Both the position numbers and the translations under genes were made by a program. Source: an uncultured delta proteobacterium (GTDB taxonomy: Bacteria > Myxococcota_A > Polyangia > Polyangiales > B10-G4). From it: a stretch of DNA of 64,000 nucleotides. Under the pieces are notes generated by a model. It searched no databases. It was not told the origin of the DNA and saw nothing but the letters and a program-made list of their open reading frames with translations. The first letter of the stretch is position 1. Each line of letters begins with the position of its first letter. Below are positions 20,528 through 31,499 of the stretch, one piece after another. The stretch is from the NCBI GenBank assembly GCA_963727445.1, contig CAVSGI010000003.1, positions 41,701-105,700 on the forward strand. Direction: 5' to 3'.

Positions 20528-22273
20528 ATGTCGGAGGCGATCCAGACGCAGAAGGTGCCGGTGGAGGGGGAGCTCGGGACCCAGCTCGCCCAGCGCGTCT
20601 TTCGCAATCCCGCCACCCGGCGCCTGCGCTTCGTCAAAGCCTACTGGACCACCTACGTGGTCATCGGCAGCTATCTCGCCCTCGGGTTCTTCGGCCGCAT
20701 CTTCGGCAAGAGCTGGTACGACGCCCGACTGACCCGGGTTCACACCGTCAACGCCAAGCGCATCGAGCGCACCATCGTCCAGCTCCAGGGCCTCTTCATC
20801 AAGGTCGGGCAGCTGATCTCGATCATGACGAACTTCCTGCCAGAGGAGTTCCGAAAGCCCCTCGAATCGCTTCAGGATCAGGTGCCGCCCCGCCCCATCG
20901 GCGAGATCACCAAGCGTATCGAGGAGGAGCTGGGCGGCGCCCCGGACGTCGTCTTCAAACGCTTCGACGAGGTCCCCCTCGCCAGCGCCTCCCTCGGCCA
21001 GGTGCACCGCGCCGTCCTCAAGGACGGCACCGAAGTCGTGGTGAAAGTGCAGCACACCGACATCGACGAGATCGTCCAGATGGATCTCAAGACCATCTGG
21101 AAGATCATGGTGATCGTCGGCTGGTTCGTGCCCATCCAGGGCCTCGACGTCATCTACCGCCAGGTCCGCGAGATGATCGAAGCCGAGCTCGACTTCGTGC
21201 GCGAGGCGGCGTTCATGGAGCGCATCGGGCACAACCTCGAAGACCTCGAGGGCGTCACAGTGCCCGAGCTCCACAGCCAGTTCTGCACCGGCCGCGTCCT
21301 GACCACCGCGTACTGTGAGGGCACCAAGGTCTCGGACCTCGAGTCGATCGATGCGTGGGGGCTCGATCGCTCGGACCTCGCCGAGCGGCTGGTGCGCGCC
21401 TACTGCAAGATGATCTTCGACGACGGCCTGTACCACGCCGATCCCCACCCCGGGAACGTGCTGGTGATGCGCGACGGGACCATCGTCCTCCTCGATTTCG
21501 GCGCCGTCGCCGAGCTGTCCCCGGCGATGAAACACGGCATCCCGGATCTGCTCGAGGCGGTGATCAAGCGCGACACCACCGGCATCTACAGAGCGCTTCG
21601 CACCATGGGCTTCATCGCCCGCGGACCCGAAGCGGAAGCGGCGAGCGAGAAGATCGTCGAGTACTTCCATCGGCGCTTCCAGGATCAGGTGCAGCTCGAG
21701 AGCCTCAACCTCAAGGACATCAAGATCGATCCCCAGCAGGGCCTCGAGAACTTCCTCGATCTGCGCAAACAGGACATCTCGATCCGCGAGCTGACCAGCG
21801 CCTTCCAGGTGCCCAAGGACTGGGTCCTCCTCGAGCGGACGGCGCTCTTGATGGGCGGCGTGTGCACCCACCTCGCGCCGGAGATGAACCCGATGGCGGT
21901 CATCCGCCCCTACCTCGAGGAGTTCGTCTTCGGCGAGCGCGACTTCGCGACCCTCATGATGAACGCCGTCAAGGACACGGCGATGAGCGCGCTGTCCGTC
22001 CCCGACGACGTCCGCAAGTATCTCTCGAAGGCGATGCGCGGCGACCTGGAGATGCACTTCCGGGGACTCGGCGCGAGCGCCAACCTCGTCTACGCGCTCG
22101 GCCACCAGCTCATCTACGCCCTGTTCAGCATCACCGCCGCCGTCGCCTCCTACCTCTTTTGGGTGCACGGCGAGACGACCGCCTTCTACGTCTCGACGAG
22201 CATCGGCGCCTTCTTCCTGCTCTGCATCGTCGGCTCGATGGTCTTCGCGCGGAAGTACCGCAAGCGGGCCTAG
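20528..22273 (+). CDS. ABC1/UbiB/AarF-family atypical kinase
   Basis: FIKVGQ, LQDQVPP, PLASASLGQVH, VVKVQ, ELDF, HADPHPGN, LLDFG; C-terminal TMs. Confidence 0.93.
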   Translation: MSEAIQTQKVPVEGELGTQLAQRVFRNPATRRLRFVKAYWTTYVVIGSYLALGFFGRIFGKSWYDARLTRVHTVNAKRIERTIVQLQGLFIKVGQLISIMTNFLPEEFRKPLESLQDQVPPRPIGEITKRIEEELGGAPDVVFKRFDEVPLASASLGQVHRAVLKDGTEVVVKVQHTDIDEIVQMDLKTIWKIMVIVGWFVPIQGLDVIYRQVREMIEAELDFVREAAFMERIGHNLEDLEGVTVPELHSQFCTGRVLTTAYCEGTKVSDLESIDAWGLDRSDLAERLVRAYCKMIFDDGLYHADPHPGNVLVMRDGTIVLLDFGAVAELSPAMKHGIPDLLEAVIKRDTTGIYRALRTMGFIARGPEAEAASEKIVEYFHRRFQDQVQLESLNLKDIKIDPQQGLENFLDLRKQDISIRELTSAFQVPKDWVLLERTALLMGGVCTHLAPEMNPMAVIRPYLEEFVFGERDFATLMMNAVKDTAMSALSVPDDVRKYLSKAMRGDLEMHFRGLGASANLVYALGHQLIYALFSITAAVASYLFWVHGETTAFYVSTSIGAFFLLCIVGSMVFARKYRKRA

Positions 22274-22290
22274 TGCCTGAGCCACCTCGC

Positions 22291-22956
22291 TCAGCGGCAG
22301 CCTGCGAGCGCCCGTCGCACCGGCGAGTCGAGGGCGCAGCGATCGGGGCCGCGCACCGGATCGATCTCGCCGAGGAGGACGCCGAGCGCGGCGACGTAGC
22401 GGCGGCTGAGCGTGAGCTCCTCTTCCGCTACGTCCGCGCCCGCGGCCGCGAGATCGATGACGGCGCGATAGCTCGCCTGCGCCTCGGCGTGGGCACGGCG
22501 CCGGCGCGCGAGGGCGGCGCGGGCGTAGTGTCCTCGCCAGTCGTCGGGCACGCGCGCCGTCAGCTCGCGCAGGGCCTCGGCGGCGCGCTCGAGATCGCCG
22601 CCGGCTTCGAAGCCCCGGGCGAGGCCGCGCCACAAGGGTCCGTAGTCGGGGCGATAGCGGACCCCTTCGGAGAAGACCGAGAGCGCGTCGCTCGTCGAGC
22701 CGCGCTCGAGGTAGATGTTGCCGAGCAGGACGTAGCTGGCGGCGTCGCCGCGGTCGGCGGCGATGGCGTCACGGAGGTAGCCCATGGCGCTCCCGGGATC
22801 GCCCGCCGCGAGGAAGGCCTGCCCCATCGAGCGCAAGCGAGAGGCGCGCTCGGCCCGCCGTGACGGATCGGGGTGCGTCTGTGCCCAGGCTCGGGCTCCG
22901 TGGGCGACGACGAGGAGCGCGAGGAGGGACGCGAGGAGGAATCGAGGGCGCACCAA
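22291..22956 (-). CDS. Exported TPR-repeat protein
   Basis: Signal peptide followed by TPR-like helices. Confidence 0.7.
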   Translation of the reverse strand: MVRPRFLLASLLALLVVAHGARAWAQTHPDPSRRAERASRLRSMGQAFLAAGDPGSAMGYLRDAIAADRGDAASYVLLGNIYLERGSTSDALSVFSEGVRYRPDYGPLWRGLARGFEAGGDLERAAEALRELTARVPDDWRGHYARAALARRRRAHAEAQASYRAVIDLAAAGADVAEEELTLSRRYVAALGVLLGEIDPVRGPDRCALDSPVRRALAGCR

Positions 22957-23050
22957 AACTGTTCGATTCTAGCGCATTTCTGCGCCTCGACCCGTCCGGG
23001 CCTTCCTCTTATACTCCGCCCGGCTTCGCCGCCGAGCCTCAGGAGACCAC

Positions 23051-26000
23051 TTGCGATACGCCGCCTATACCGCCTTTTTCCTCAGCGGCGCGTCCAGCCT
23101 GATCTTCCAGAACATCTGGTCGCGAATGCTCCACCACGTGTTCGGGGCGACAAGCGTGGCGATCAGCTCCGTGCTGACCGCCTTCATGGCGGGCCTCGGC
23201 CTCGGCGCCTGGATCGCGGGCCGCTACGCCGACCGCATCAAGCACCCGATCATCACCTATGCCTTCGCGGAGCTCGGCGTGGGCATCTGGGCGATGCTGA
23301 TCCCCTTCATCATCAACCCCGAGGGCTGGCTCGCCGACCTGAACTTCATGCTCCGCAACAGCCTCGGCGCGGAGTCCACCACCTTCATGCTCGCGCGCTT
23401 CGCGGTGGTGTTGCCCATCCTCCTCGTCCCCACCACGCTGATGGGCACGACGCTGCCGCTGCTCACCCGCCACTTCGTGCAGCACGAGGAGCGCTCCACC
23501 GGCGCCGCCAGCAACGTCGGGACCCTCTACGCCATCAACACCTTCGGCGCGGTCCTCGGCATCTTCCTCGCGGGCTTCGTGCTCCTCCCGAACGTGGGCC
23601 TGTCGCTGACGAACACGACCGCCCTTTCGATGAACCTCTCCCTGGGCCTCGGCATCTTCGCCTTCCGCAAGCAGCTGCTCAAGGGGATGTGGAAGAAGGG
23701 CGAGCCCCTCGAATGGCTGCCGAAGCCGGTGCCCATCGCGGCCGCCGAGAGCACCGAAGCCGTGGAGAGCGAGGAAGCCTCCGCTGAAGAGGAAGCTCCC
23801 GCCGACGAAGCGACGTCGCAGCTGCCCGAGGCCGAAGAGACGACCGAAGAGACGACCGAAGAGACGACCGAGGCCAAAGAGACCAAGAAGAAGGCCGAAA
23901 AGAAGTCCAAGGCGACGAAGAAGAGCAAGGCCGACAAGAAGTCCGAAAAGAAGTCCAAGACGAAGAAGAAGGAAGAAGCCCCAGGCGAGAGCGCGCTCGA
24001 CCTGCCCTTCCCCATCCCGCCCATCGCCAAGAAGGCTGCGTTCCTCGCCTTCGCCGCCTCGGGCGCCGCCGCCCTCTGCTACGAGGTCGTGTGGTTCCGG
24101 GCGCTGGCGATGACCATCGGCTCGTCGATCTACAGCTTCGCGCTGATCCTCGAGACCTTCCTCATCGGCATCGCCGGCGGTAGCGCCGTCTGCGCGGCGT
24201 TCATGGTGCGCGGCAAGCACCGCCTCACGGCGGCGGCCGTGGGCTCGGTCGCGCTCCTCGCCATCGCCAACGTGAACTGGGCCACGCAGGAGGACCTGGT
24301 GACCTACCTCTTGGTCACGGCCGTCTTCGCAGCGCCCATCGCCGTGATCTGGGGAGCGGTCTTCGCGAAGTCGCGGAGCACCACCCTCCCCGAGATGGTG
24401 CACGACAACCCCGTGCCCGGCCTCATCATGCTCTCGCTGCCGATCCTGGCGAGCCTCGGGAACCTCGCGAAGTTCGGCGGGCACCTGTCCCCGATCATCG
24501 CCGCCGTCGTGAGCCTCATCGCCATCTACATGGCGATCATGCTGGTGCTGCGCCGCTTCCCCGTCTTGATGATGGCGATCATCCAGCTGCTGATCGCGCT
24601 GTCGACTTTCGCCAACTACCTCTTCCAGGACGAGATCCCCTACGCCTTCGCGTCGCTGGTCACGACGGTGACGGACCTGCCTGAGCACGTGGGCACCGTG
24701 CAGTTCTTCATGTTCGTCACGGCCGGGCTCTGCACCCTGCCCGCGGCCATCGGCATGGGCGCGATGTTCCCGCTGACCATCCGCATCTGGACCGCCGGCG
24801 GCGCCAACATCGGACGCGACGTGGGCGTGGTCTACGCAGGCAACACGGTGGGCTCGATCCTCGGCTCCTGGCTGCCGGGCTTCGTCCTCTTCCCGCTCAT
24901 CGGCATGGAGCGCACGCTTCACCTCGGCATGGCGCTGAACCTGCTGCTCGCCCTGATGATGCTCATCGTCAGCGCCGCCGAGCCCGAGGACGCCCTGGCC
25001 AAGGCGGGCGGCCCTTATCGGCGTGGTGAGCCGAAGAAGAAAAAGAAGGACGCGCCGGGCGCCGTTCCCGTGTGGCACGCGGTGACGGTCTACATCCTGG
25101 CGCCCGCGATCCCCGCGCTCGCTGCGCTCCTATGGCTCGGCACCAACGGGCCCGACGCAATCCTGCGATGGAACCTCAGCCAGATGACCCTCGGGGTCTT
25201 CCGCATCTCCCTCGCCTCCGACGTCCTCGACCCCGAGAGCTGGGGCGAGCCCGACCTCGTCTACTACCACGACGGTCTGTCCACGACGGTGAGCGTCGAG
25301 CGCTGGGGCCGGCACTACGCGCTCAAGAACAACGGCAAGGTCGACGCCAGCAACGGCGACGACATGCCGACGCAGATCATGGTCTCCGGCTTCCCGCTGC
25401 TGATGCATCAGGACGGCCCCGAGGGCCTCGACGTCGCCGTCATCGGCTTCGGCTCGGGTGTGACCGTGGGCGCCACCCTCGAATTCCCCGTGAAGTCGGT
25501 CGACGTGATCGAGCTCGAGCGCTCCATCCCGCAGGCCAGCCAGTTCTTCCAGGACGTCAACCACCTGAACTATGCCCTGGACCACTTCCCCTACGTCGAG
25601 GAAGAGCGACTCACCGTCTACAACGACGACGGCCGCAACTACCTCGCGTCCACGGACAAGCAGTACGACATCATCATGAGCGAGCCGTCGAACCCGTGGA
25701 TCACGGGCGTCAGCGACCTCTTCACCACCGACCACTTCCGCATCACCAAGCGCGCGCTGAAGGAAGGCGGCATCTACTGCCAGTGGGTGCAGCTCTACGA
25801 GCTCAGCCCCGAGAACATCAAGACCATCTACCGCACCTTCGCCAGCCAGTTCGAGCACGTGGTGGTCTTCGCCGCCGAGGACCTGTCGAGCGACACGGTG
25901 ATGCTCGGCTCGGACTCGCCACTGCCGCTGGACCTCTAGCGCCTGTCGCGCTCCTTCGCCGACCCGGCCATCCGCGCCGAGCTCGAGCGGGCCTACGTGC

Positions 26001-26998
26001 ATTCGCCCTTCGACGTCTTCGCCCGGGTCATCCTCGCCAACCGTGAAGAGGTCATGAGCTACACCCAGGTCGAGCATCGGCTGCGCGGTGGCGAATGGGA
26101 GTTCTTCCCCGAGTCGTCCAACGGACCGATGGACGACTGCGACCCCGCCGACTGCCGGCGCAACCCGGTCGCGCTGAACACCGACGACAACGCCATCATC
26201 GAGTTCGCAGCGCCCCGCGATCTGATCGGCTTCCAGCGTTACGAGGGCTACCTCGCCAACATCTACTCGCCCGACTGGCCTTACGGAAAGCTCCTCGACA
26301 ACTTCGAGAACTTCGGGGAGGGCGATGACGCCGCCCGCGCCTACGCCGAGATGGCGATGAGTCTCATCGGTCACGGCCGCAAGGTGGAGGCCGGGGACTT
26401 CCTCACCCAGAGCGCGCGCTTCGGCGAGGTCGCCGAGACCCTGGTGGCCGCCGAGGTGCTCCGGCACCTGCTCAGCGACGAGCACGAGCCGCGCATCGCC
26501 ATCGAGCCCCCTGTCCCCGGCCCGCACATGGACGAGGCGACGGCGCGCCAGCTCAGCACCGGCTTCGAGGCGGTGCGCTCCGCGGTGGACATGCGCGCCT
26601 ATGGGACGGCCCTCGCCGCGATGGAGGAGATCCCCGCGCCGCTGCGCCTCCACAACGGCCCGAGCCTCCGCTTCCTCTACGGCTACCTCCAGTACAAGGC
26701 CGCCGAGGGGGTCCCGAGCCGCTACCGCAGCGCCATCGACCAGCTCGAGGACCTGGTGCGCTCGGACGAGGACTACGTCCGGCGCCACCCCGAGCTCTAT
26801 TACTTCCTCGCCCGGGCTCACGACGCCGAGTTCAACTTCGACAAGGCGCTCCGCAACATGCGGATCTACGTCGAGAGCCGTCTCGGAGAGGAAGGCGCCG
26901 AGGACCTGCCGGAGCCCCCACTCGAGGACGCTCCGACCACGGACGAGGAAGGCGAGTCCGACAAGGACCTGCATCCCGACCGAGACGACGGCGTCTGA
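23051..26998 (+). CDS. Fused multi-TM membrane protein / spermidine synthase-like SAM-binding domain with TPR-like C-terminus; in-frame TAG at 25937-25939
   Basis: FFLSGASSLI, VGTLYAINTFG, IGFGSGVT, DVIELE, DDGRNYL, DIIMSEPSNPW; ORF 25997-26998 is in the same frame. Confidence 0.85.
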
Positions 26999-27001
26999 AA
27001 A

Positions 27002-27039
27002 ACGAGAAACGGATTCGAAACCTTCCGCGCGTTTCTCGT
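27002..27039 (+). terminator. Hairpin after the spermidine synthase-like gene (possible terminator)
   Basis: ACGAGAAACG (27002-27011) pairs with CGTTTCTCGT (27030-27039); no clear U-tract. Confidence 0.35.
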
Positions 27040-27197
27040 CGCACCAGCGCGAAGCGCGCTACGCACTTCGCAGTCGATTTCGCGCAGATCGCTTCGCAAT
27101 TTCGCGTATTTCGAAACCGACAGATGTTGTGGATATCCACCCCAAGGCGCCGACAAGACGCCGGAAACAGCTTTTCGGCCACGTGGCCGGTGGACAG

Positions 27198-27213
27198 TGG
27201 CATGAACGGTGCT
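27198..27213 (+). promoter_or_regulatory. Sigma-54 (-24/-12) promoter candidate
   Basis: TGGCATGAACGGTGCT versus consensus TGGCACG-N4-TTGCW, with correct GG/GC spacing, ~95 bp before an ATG. Confidence 0.6.
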
Positions 27214-27307
27214 TTACCGGGGCGTGAAGAAGAAACGGCCAAGAGGCCAGGGGACGGGAGGGGACCGGAATGCGGTCCCCAGAGATACCCACCCCGAGGG
27301 GAATGAA

Positions 27308-27592
27308 ATGAGCCAGATGCCCGAAACCCGTCAGAGCAACGCCCCCGTCACCACCCGTGCGCTGAAGATCCTCGCGAAGTCGGTTCACCGCGAGCTCAAG
27401 TCCAGCGGCTACAGCCGTTCCGATATCGTGTCCTTCACCAACGAGCTCCTCGACCTCGTGACCAGCGACATCCGGGATTCGGACAGAGATCAGCTGAGCC
27501 TCTCGGGCCTGTCCCAGAGCCCGGTTCCTAGGCCGTCCTGTCTGAAGGACGGCCTTTGGCGTTTAATTTTCGTAGCTTGCTGGGGACGCTAG
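27308..27592 (+). CDS. Small helical hypothetical protein (true stop may be earlier)
   Basis: RALKILAKSVHRELKSSGYSRSDIVSFTNELLDLVTSDI looks like a compact helical domain; the tail after ~27495 looks non-coding. Confidence 0.7.
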   Translation: MSQMPETRQSNAPVTTRALKILAKSVHRELKSSGYSRSDIVSFTNELLDLVTSDIRDSDRDQLSLSGLSQSPVPRPSCLKDGLWRLIFVACWGR

Positions 27593-27670
27593 ATTGACAA
27601 TTGACTTTCGCCTCGCCCAGCCCTGTCATTCCCAAGATGGCGAAAGTCAATTGTCGAATCTAGCGTCCCC
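27582..27670. repeat. Inverted-repeat doublet (REPIN/MITE-like), copy 1
   Basis: GGGGACGCTAGATTGACAATTGACTTTCGCC (27582-27612), 26-bp spacer, reverse complement at 27639-27670 with one extra G. Confidence 0.92.
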
Positions 27671-27744
27671 TTGTGAAGCCCGCCGACGTGCCCTAACTTC
27701 CGGGTCCCCAAAAGACCGCCAAAGCGGCGGGAAAGGACCTCCTC

Positions 27745-28765
27745 GTGGGCACCAAGATCGCGATCAACGGCTTCGGCCGCATCGGGCGCTGCGTCGCCCG
27801 CATCCTCTTCGAGTCGGGTCGGGACGACCTCGAGATCGTCGCGATCAACGACCTCACGACGAACGAGACGCTGGCGCACCTGCTCCGCACGACTCGATTC
27901 ACCGCACGCTTCAAGCAGGACGTGAAGCTCGACGGCGACAACCTCGTCATCGACGGCAAGAAGATCGCCGCCCTCGCCGAGCCGGACCCGGCGAAGCTGC
28001 CCTGGAAGGACCTGGGCGTCGAGATCGTCTCGAGTGCACCGGCCGCTTCCGCGACAACGAGACGGCGCTGGCAAGCACCTCGCCGCCGGCGCCGAGCGCG
28101 TGATCATCAGCGCGCCGGGCAAGAACGATCGACGGCACCTTCTGCGTCGGCATCAACTCGGACAGACTACGACGCGGCGAAGCACCAGATCGTCTCGAAC
28201 GCGTCCTGCACCACGAACTGCCTGTCGCCCGGTCGCCAAGGTGCTGCACGAGACCTTCGGCATCGTGAAGGGCCACATGGTCACGGTGCACAGCTACACG
28301 AACGACCAGCGCATCCTCGACCTGCCGCACAAGGACCTCCGCCGCGCCCGCGCGGCCGCGATGAGCATGATCCCGACCACCACCGGTGCGGCCAAGGCCA
28401 TCGGGCTCGTCATCCCGGAGCTCGAGGGCAAGCTCGACGGCACCGCCATCCGCGTGCCCGACGCCCGACGTCTCCATCGTCTGCCTCACGGCCAACGTGG
28501 CGAAGGGGACGACCGCGGAGGAGGTCAACGCGCGCCATGAAGGCGGCCGCCGAAGGGCCGCCTGAAGGGCATGCTCGGCTACGAGCGAGGACCGGCTCGT
28601 CTCGAGCGACTTCATCGGCGACACCCACAGCAGCGTCTGTCGACGCGCTCGCAGACCCGGTCGATCGGCGGCGACCTCGTCGAGGTCCAGAGCTGGTACG
28701 ACAACGAGTGGGGCTTCTCCACGCGCATGGTCGACCTCGCCCGCGTCATGGCGAAGAAGGGCTGA
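27745..28765 (+). CDS. gap: Type I glyceraldehyde-3-phosphate dehydrogenase (frameshifted)
   Basis: IAINGFGRIGR, SNASCTTNCL, HKDLRRARAAA, SWYDNEWGF. Confidence 0.95.
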
Positions 28766-28768
28766 GCC

Positions 28769-29969
28769 ATGCTGCAGCGCATCCGCTCGAATCGAAGAGC
28801 TCGACGTCGAGGGGCGCCGCGTCTTCGTGCGCGTGGACTTCAACGTCCCCCTCGACGGCATCGCGAGTGACGGACGACACGCGGATCCGGGCGGCGCTGC
28901 CGACCATCGAGCACGCCATCGAGCGGGGTGCGCGCGTCGTTCTGGCCAGTCCACCTCGGGCGCCCGAAGGGTGAGCGCAAGCCCGAAGAGCTCAGCCTCG
29001 AGCCGGTCGCCAGCGTGCTCGCCGAGCTCCTCGAGGCGGCGAGGTGCGGCTCGCCGACGACTGCATCGGCGACGGCGCCGCGCAAGGTGGTGGGAGACCT
29101 GCGCGATGGCCAGGTGGCCCTGCTCGAGAACCTCCGCTTCCACCCCGGTGAGGAAGACGAACGACGAGGCCTTCGCGAAGGAGCTGCGAAGCTCGCCGAG
29201 GTCTACGTCAACGACGCCTTCGGCGCGGCGCACCGGGCCCACGCGTCGGTGTCGCGCTGCCCGCGCCTGATGCGCGAGCGCGGCGCCGGGCTCTTGATGC
29301 AGCGCGAGCTCGCCGCCCTCGAGCAAGGTGCGTAGCAATGCCGCAGAAGCCCTTCGTGGCGGTGCTGGGCGGCGCGAAGGTGTCGGACAAGATCGAGGTG
29401 ATCGAGGCGCTCCTGGCAAGGTGGACGCGCTGTTGGTGGGCGGCGCCATGGCCAACACCTTCCTCGCGGCGCAGCGGCCTCGACTCTGGGCAAGAGCCTC
29501 GTCGAGGAGGACAAGCTCGCCCTCGCGCGGAGCATCCTCGCAGACGGCCGAGGAGAAGAAGGTCCAGGTCCTTCTCCCCGTGGACGTCGTCGTCGGGGAT
29601 TCCATCGAGGCGACCACGGGCACGACGGTCGCCGGCGGACGCCATCGGCGCAGGGCAGATGGCGCTCGACATCGGGCCGCGAGACGGTGGCGGCGCTTCG
29701 GCGAGAAGCTGCTGCCGTGCGCAGACCATCTTCTGGAACGGCCCGATGGGTCTCTTCGAGAACGACGCCTTCGCCGAAGGGCACCCTCGGCGTGGCCGAA
29801 GCCATCGCGGCCTCGCCGGCTTCACGCGTCGTGGGCGGCGGCGACAGCGTCGCCGCGATCCAGCGAAGCGGGGCTGGCCGACAAGTTCGGCCACGTCTCG
29901 ACCGGCGGCGGCGCGTCGCTCGAGCTCTGGAGGGCAGGAAGCTCCCGGGCGTGGAGGCGCTGTCGATGA
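28769..29969 (+). CDS. pgk: Phosphoglycerate kinase (frameshifted)
   Basis: [56 protein letters not shown]. Confidence 0.95.
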
Positions 29970-30729
29970 GCCGCAGGCCTCTCGTCGCCGGCAACTGGAA
30001 GCTCCACAAGACCGGTCGCGCGAGGCGGTCGAGCCTCGCGCGCGAGCTCAAGTCTCGACTCGCTGCGCTCCCGCGAAGCCGAGGTGGTGGTGGCGCCGGT
30101 GTTCACTGCTCTCGCACGCGGTCAACGAAGCGCTCGGCGAGTCCGCGATCGAGCTCGCTGCCCAGGACGTGCACTTGGAGGACCAGGGCGCCTTCACCGG
30201 CGAGGTCAGCGCGCCGCTGCTCGCCGACGTCGGCTGCGCGTATGTGCATCGTCGGCCACTCGGAGCGCCGGCACGTCTTCGGCGACACCGACGAAGCGGT
30301 CCGAACAAGGCGTACACGCGCTGCTGTCGCACGGCTTCGCCCCATCGTCTGCGTCGGCGAGACCCTCGAGGAGCGCGAGGCGGGCGAGACCCTCGCGGTC
30401 GTGCTCGGCCAGCTCGACGCCGGGCTCGGCGGCGTGACCACGGCGCGGCCGCGGACGTGGTGATCGCCTACGAGCCGGTCTGGGCCATCGGCACCGGTCG
30501 GACGGCGAGCCCGAACGACGCCCAGGAGGTCCACGCGGCGATCCGCAAGCGCGCTCGCCGAGCTCTTCGACGGCAGCGCCGCGGCGGGCTCCGCATCCTC
30601 TACGGCGGAAGCGTCAAGCCCAACAACGCCGCGGACTTGCTCGCTCAGACCGACATCGACGGCGCCCTGGTGGGAGGCGCGAGCCTGACCGCCGATACCT
30701 TCGTCCCCATCGTCGAAGCCGCTGGCTAG
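29966..30729 (+). CDS. tpiA: Triosephosphate isomerase (frameshifted)
   Basis: [47 protein letters not shown]. Confidence 0.95.
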
Positions 30730-30791
30730 GGACGCCCCCTAGCCCTCCGGGCCAAGTTTGCTAGAGTCCGCGTCCTTCCGAGACCGAGAAA

Positions 30792-31499
30792 ATGTTCACC
30801 TTTCTGTCGATCATCTACGTCCTCGTCTGCCTCTTCTTGATCACCGTCGTGCTCCTGCAGTCCGGCAAGGGCGGGGGAATGGGCGCGCTGGGCGGCGGTG
30901 GCGGCGGCAGCCAGACCGTCTTCGGCGGCGCTGGCGCGGGGAACTTCCTCACCCGCCTCACGGCGATCATGGCGGCCTGCTTCATGATCCTCTCCGCCGC
31001 CCTCGCCTATCTGTCGACGAGCGGCGAGCAGAGCCTCGAGCGCGCGGCGCAGGAAGAGTCTCAGGAGACGGTGAGCGGCGACGGCGCGAGCGACGACGAG
31101 GCCACGACCGACGACGAGGCCACGACCGACGACGAGGCCACGACCGACGACGAAGCGGCTCTCGATGAAGAGACGGAAGACGCGATCCTCGAGACCGAGG
31201 AGATCCTGGGCGAAGAGGGAGAGACCGCGGAAGAGGCGGCCGAGCAAATCGAAGAAGAGGCGCCCGCAGTGACCACGATGGCGGCTGCGCCCGCGCCGAC
31301 GATGGCGGCTGCACCCGCGCCCACCATGACGACGACGATGACGGCTGCGCCCGCGCCGGCCGCGATGACGACGGCGATGGTGGCGGCACCGGCACCGACA
31401 CCGGCGATGGCCGCACCTGCAGCGACCGCGCCTGCCCCGACGCCGATGATGGCAGCCGCGCCCGCGGCGCCTGCCGAAGGCGCCGCCGACACGGAGTGA
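30792..31499 (+). CDS. secG: Preprotein translocase subunit SecG with long C-terminal extension
   Basis: VLLQSGKGGGMG..SQTVFG..GAGNFLTRLT; canonical position after tpiA. Confidence 0.92.
   Translation: MFTFLSIIYVLVCLFLITVVLLQSGKGGGMGALGGGGGGSQTVFGGAGAGNFLTRLTAIMAACFMILSAALAYLSTSGEQSLERAAQEESQETVSGDGASDDEATTDDEATTDDEATTDDEAALDEETEDAILETEEILGEEGETAEEAAEQIEEEAPAVTTMAAAPAPTMAAAPAPTMTTTMTAAPAPAAMTTAMVAAPAPTPAMAAPAATAPAPTPMMAAAPAAPAEGAADTE
31092..31145 (+). repeat. 18-bp tandem repeat x3 (DDEATT) in secG tail
   Basis: GACGACGAGGCCACGACC three times. Confidence 0.9.

Noticed and set aside
27126..27142. DnaA-box-like TGTGGATAT suggesting oriC
   Set aside because: Single imperfect box; no dnaA/dnaN neighbourhood or box cluster.
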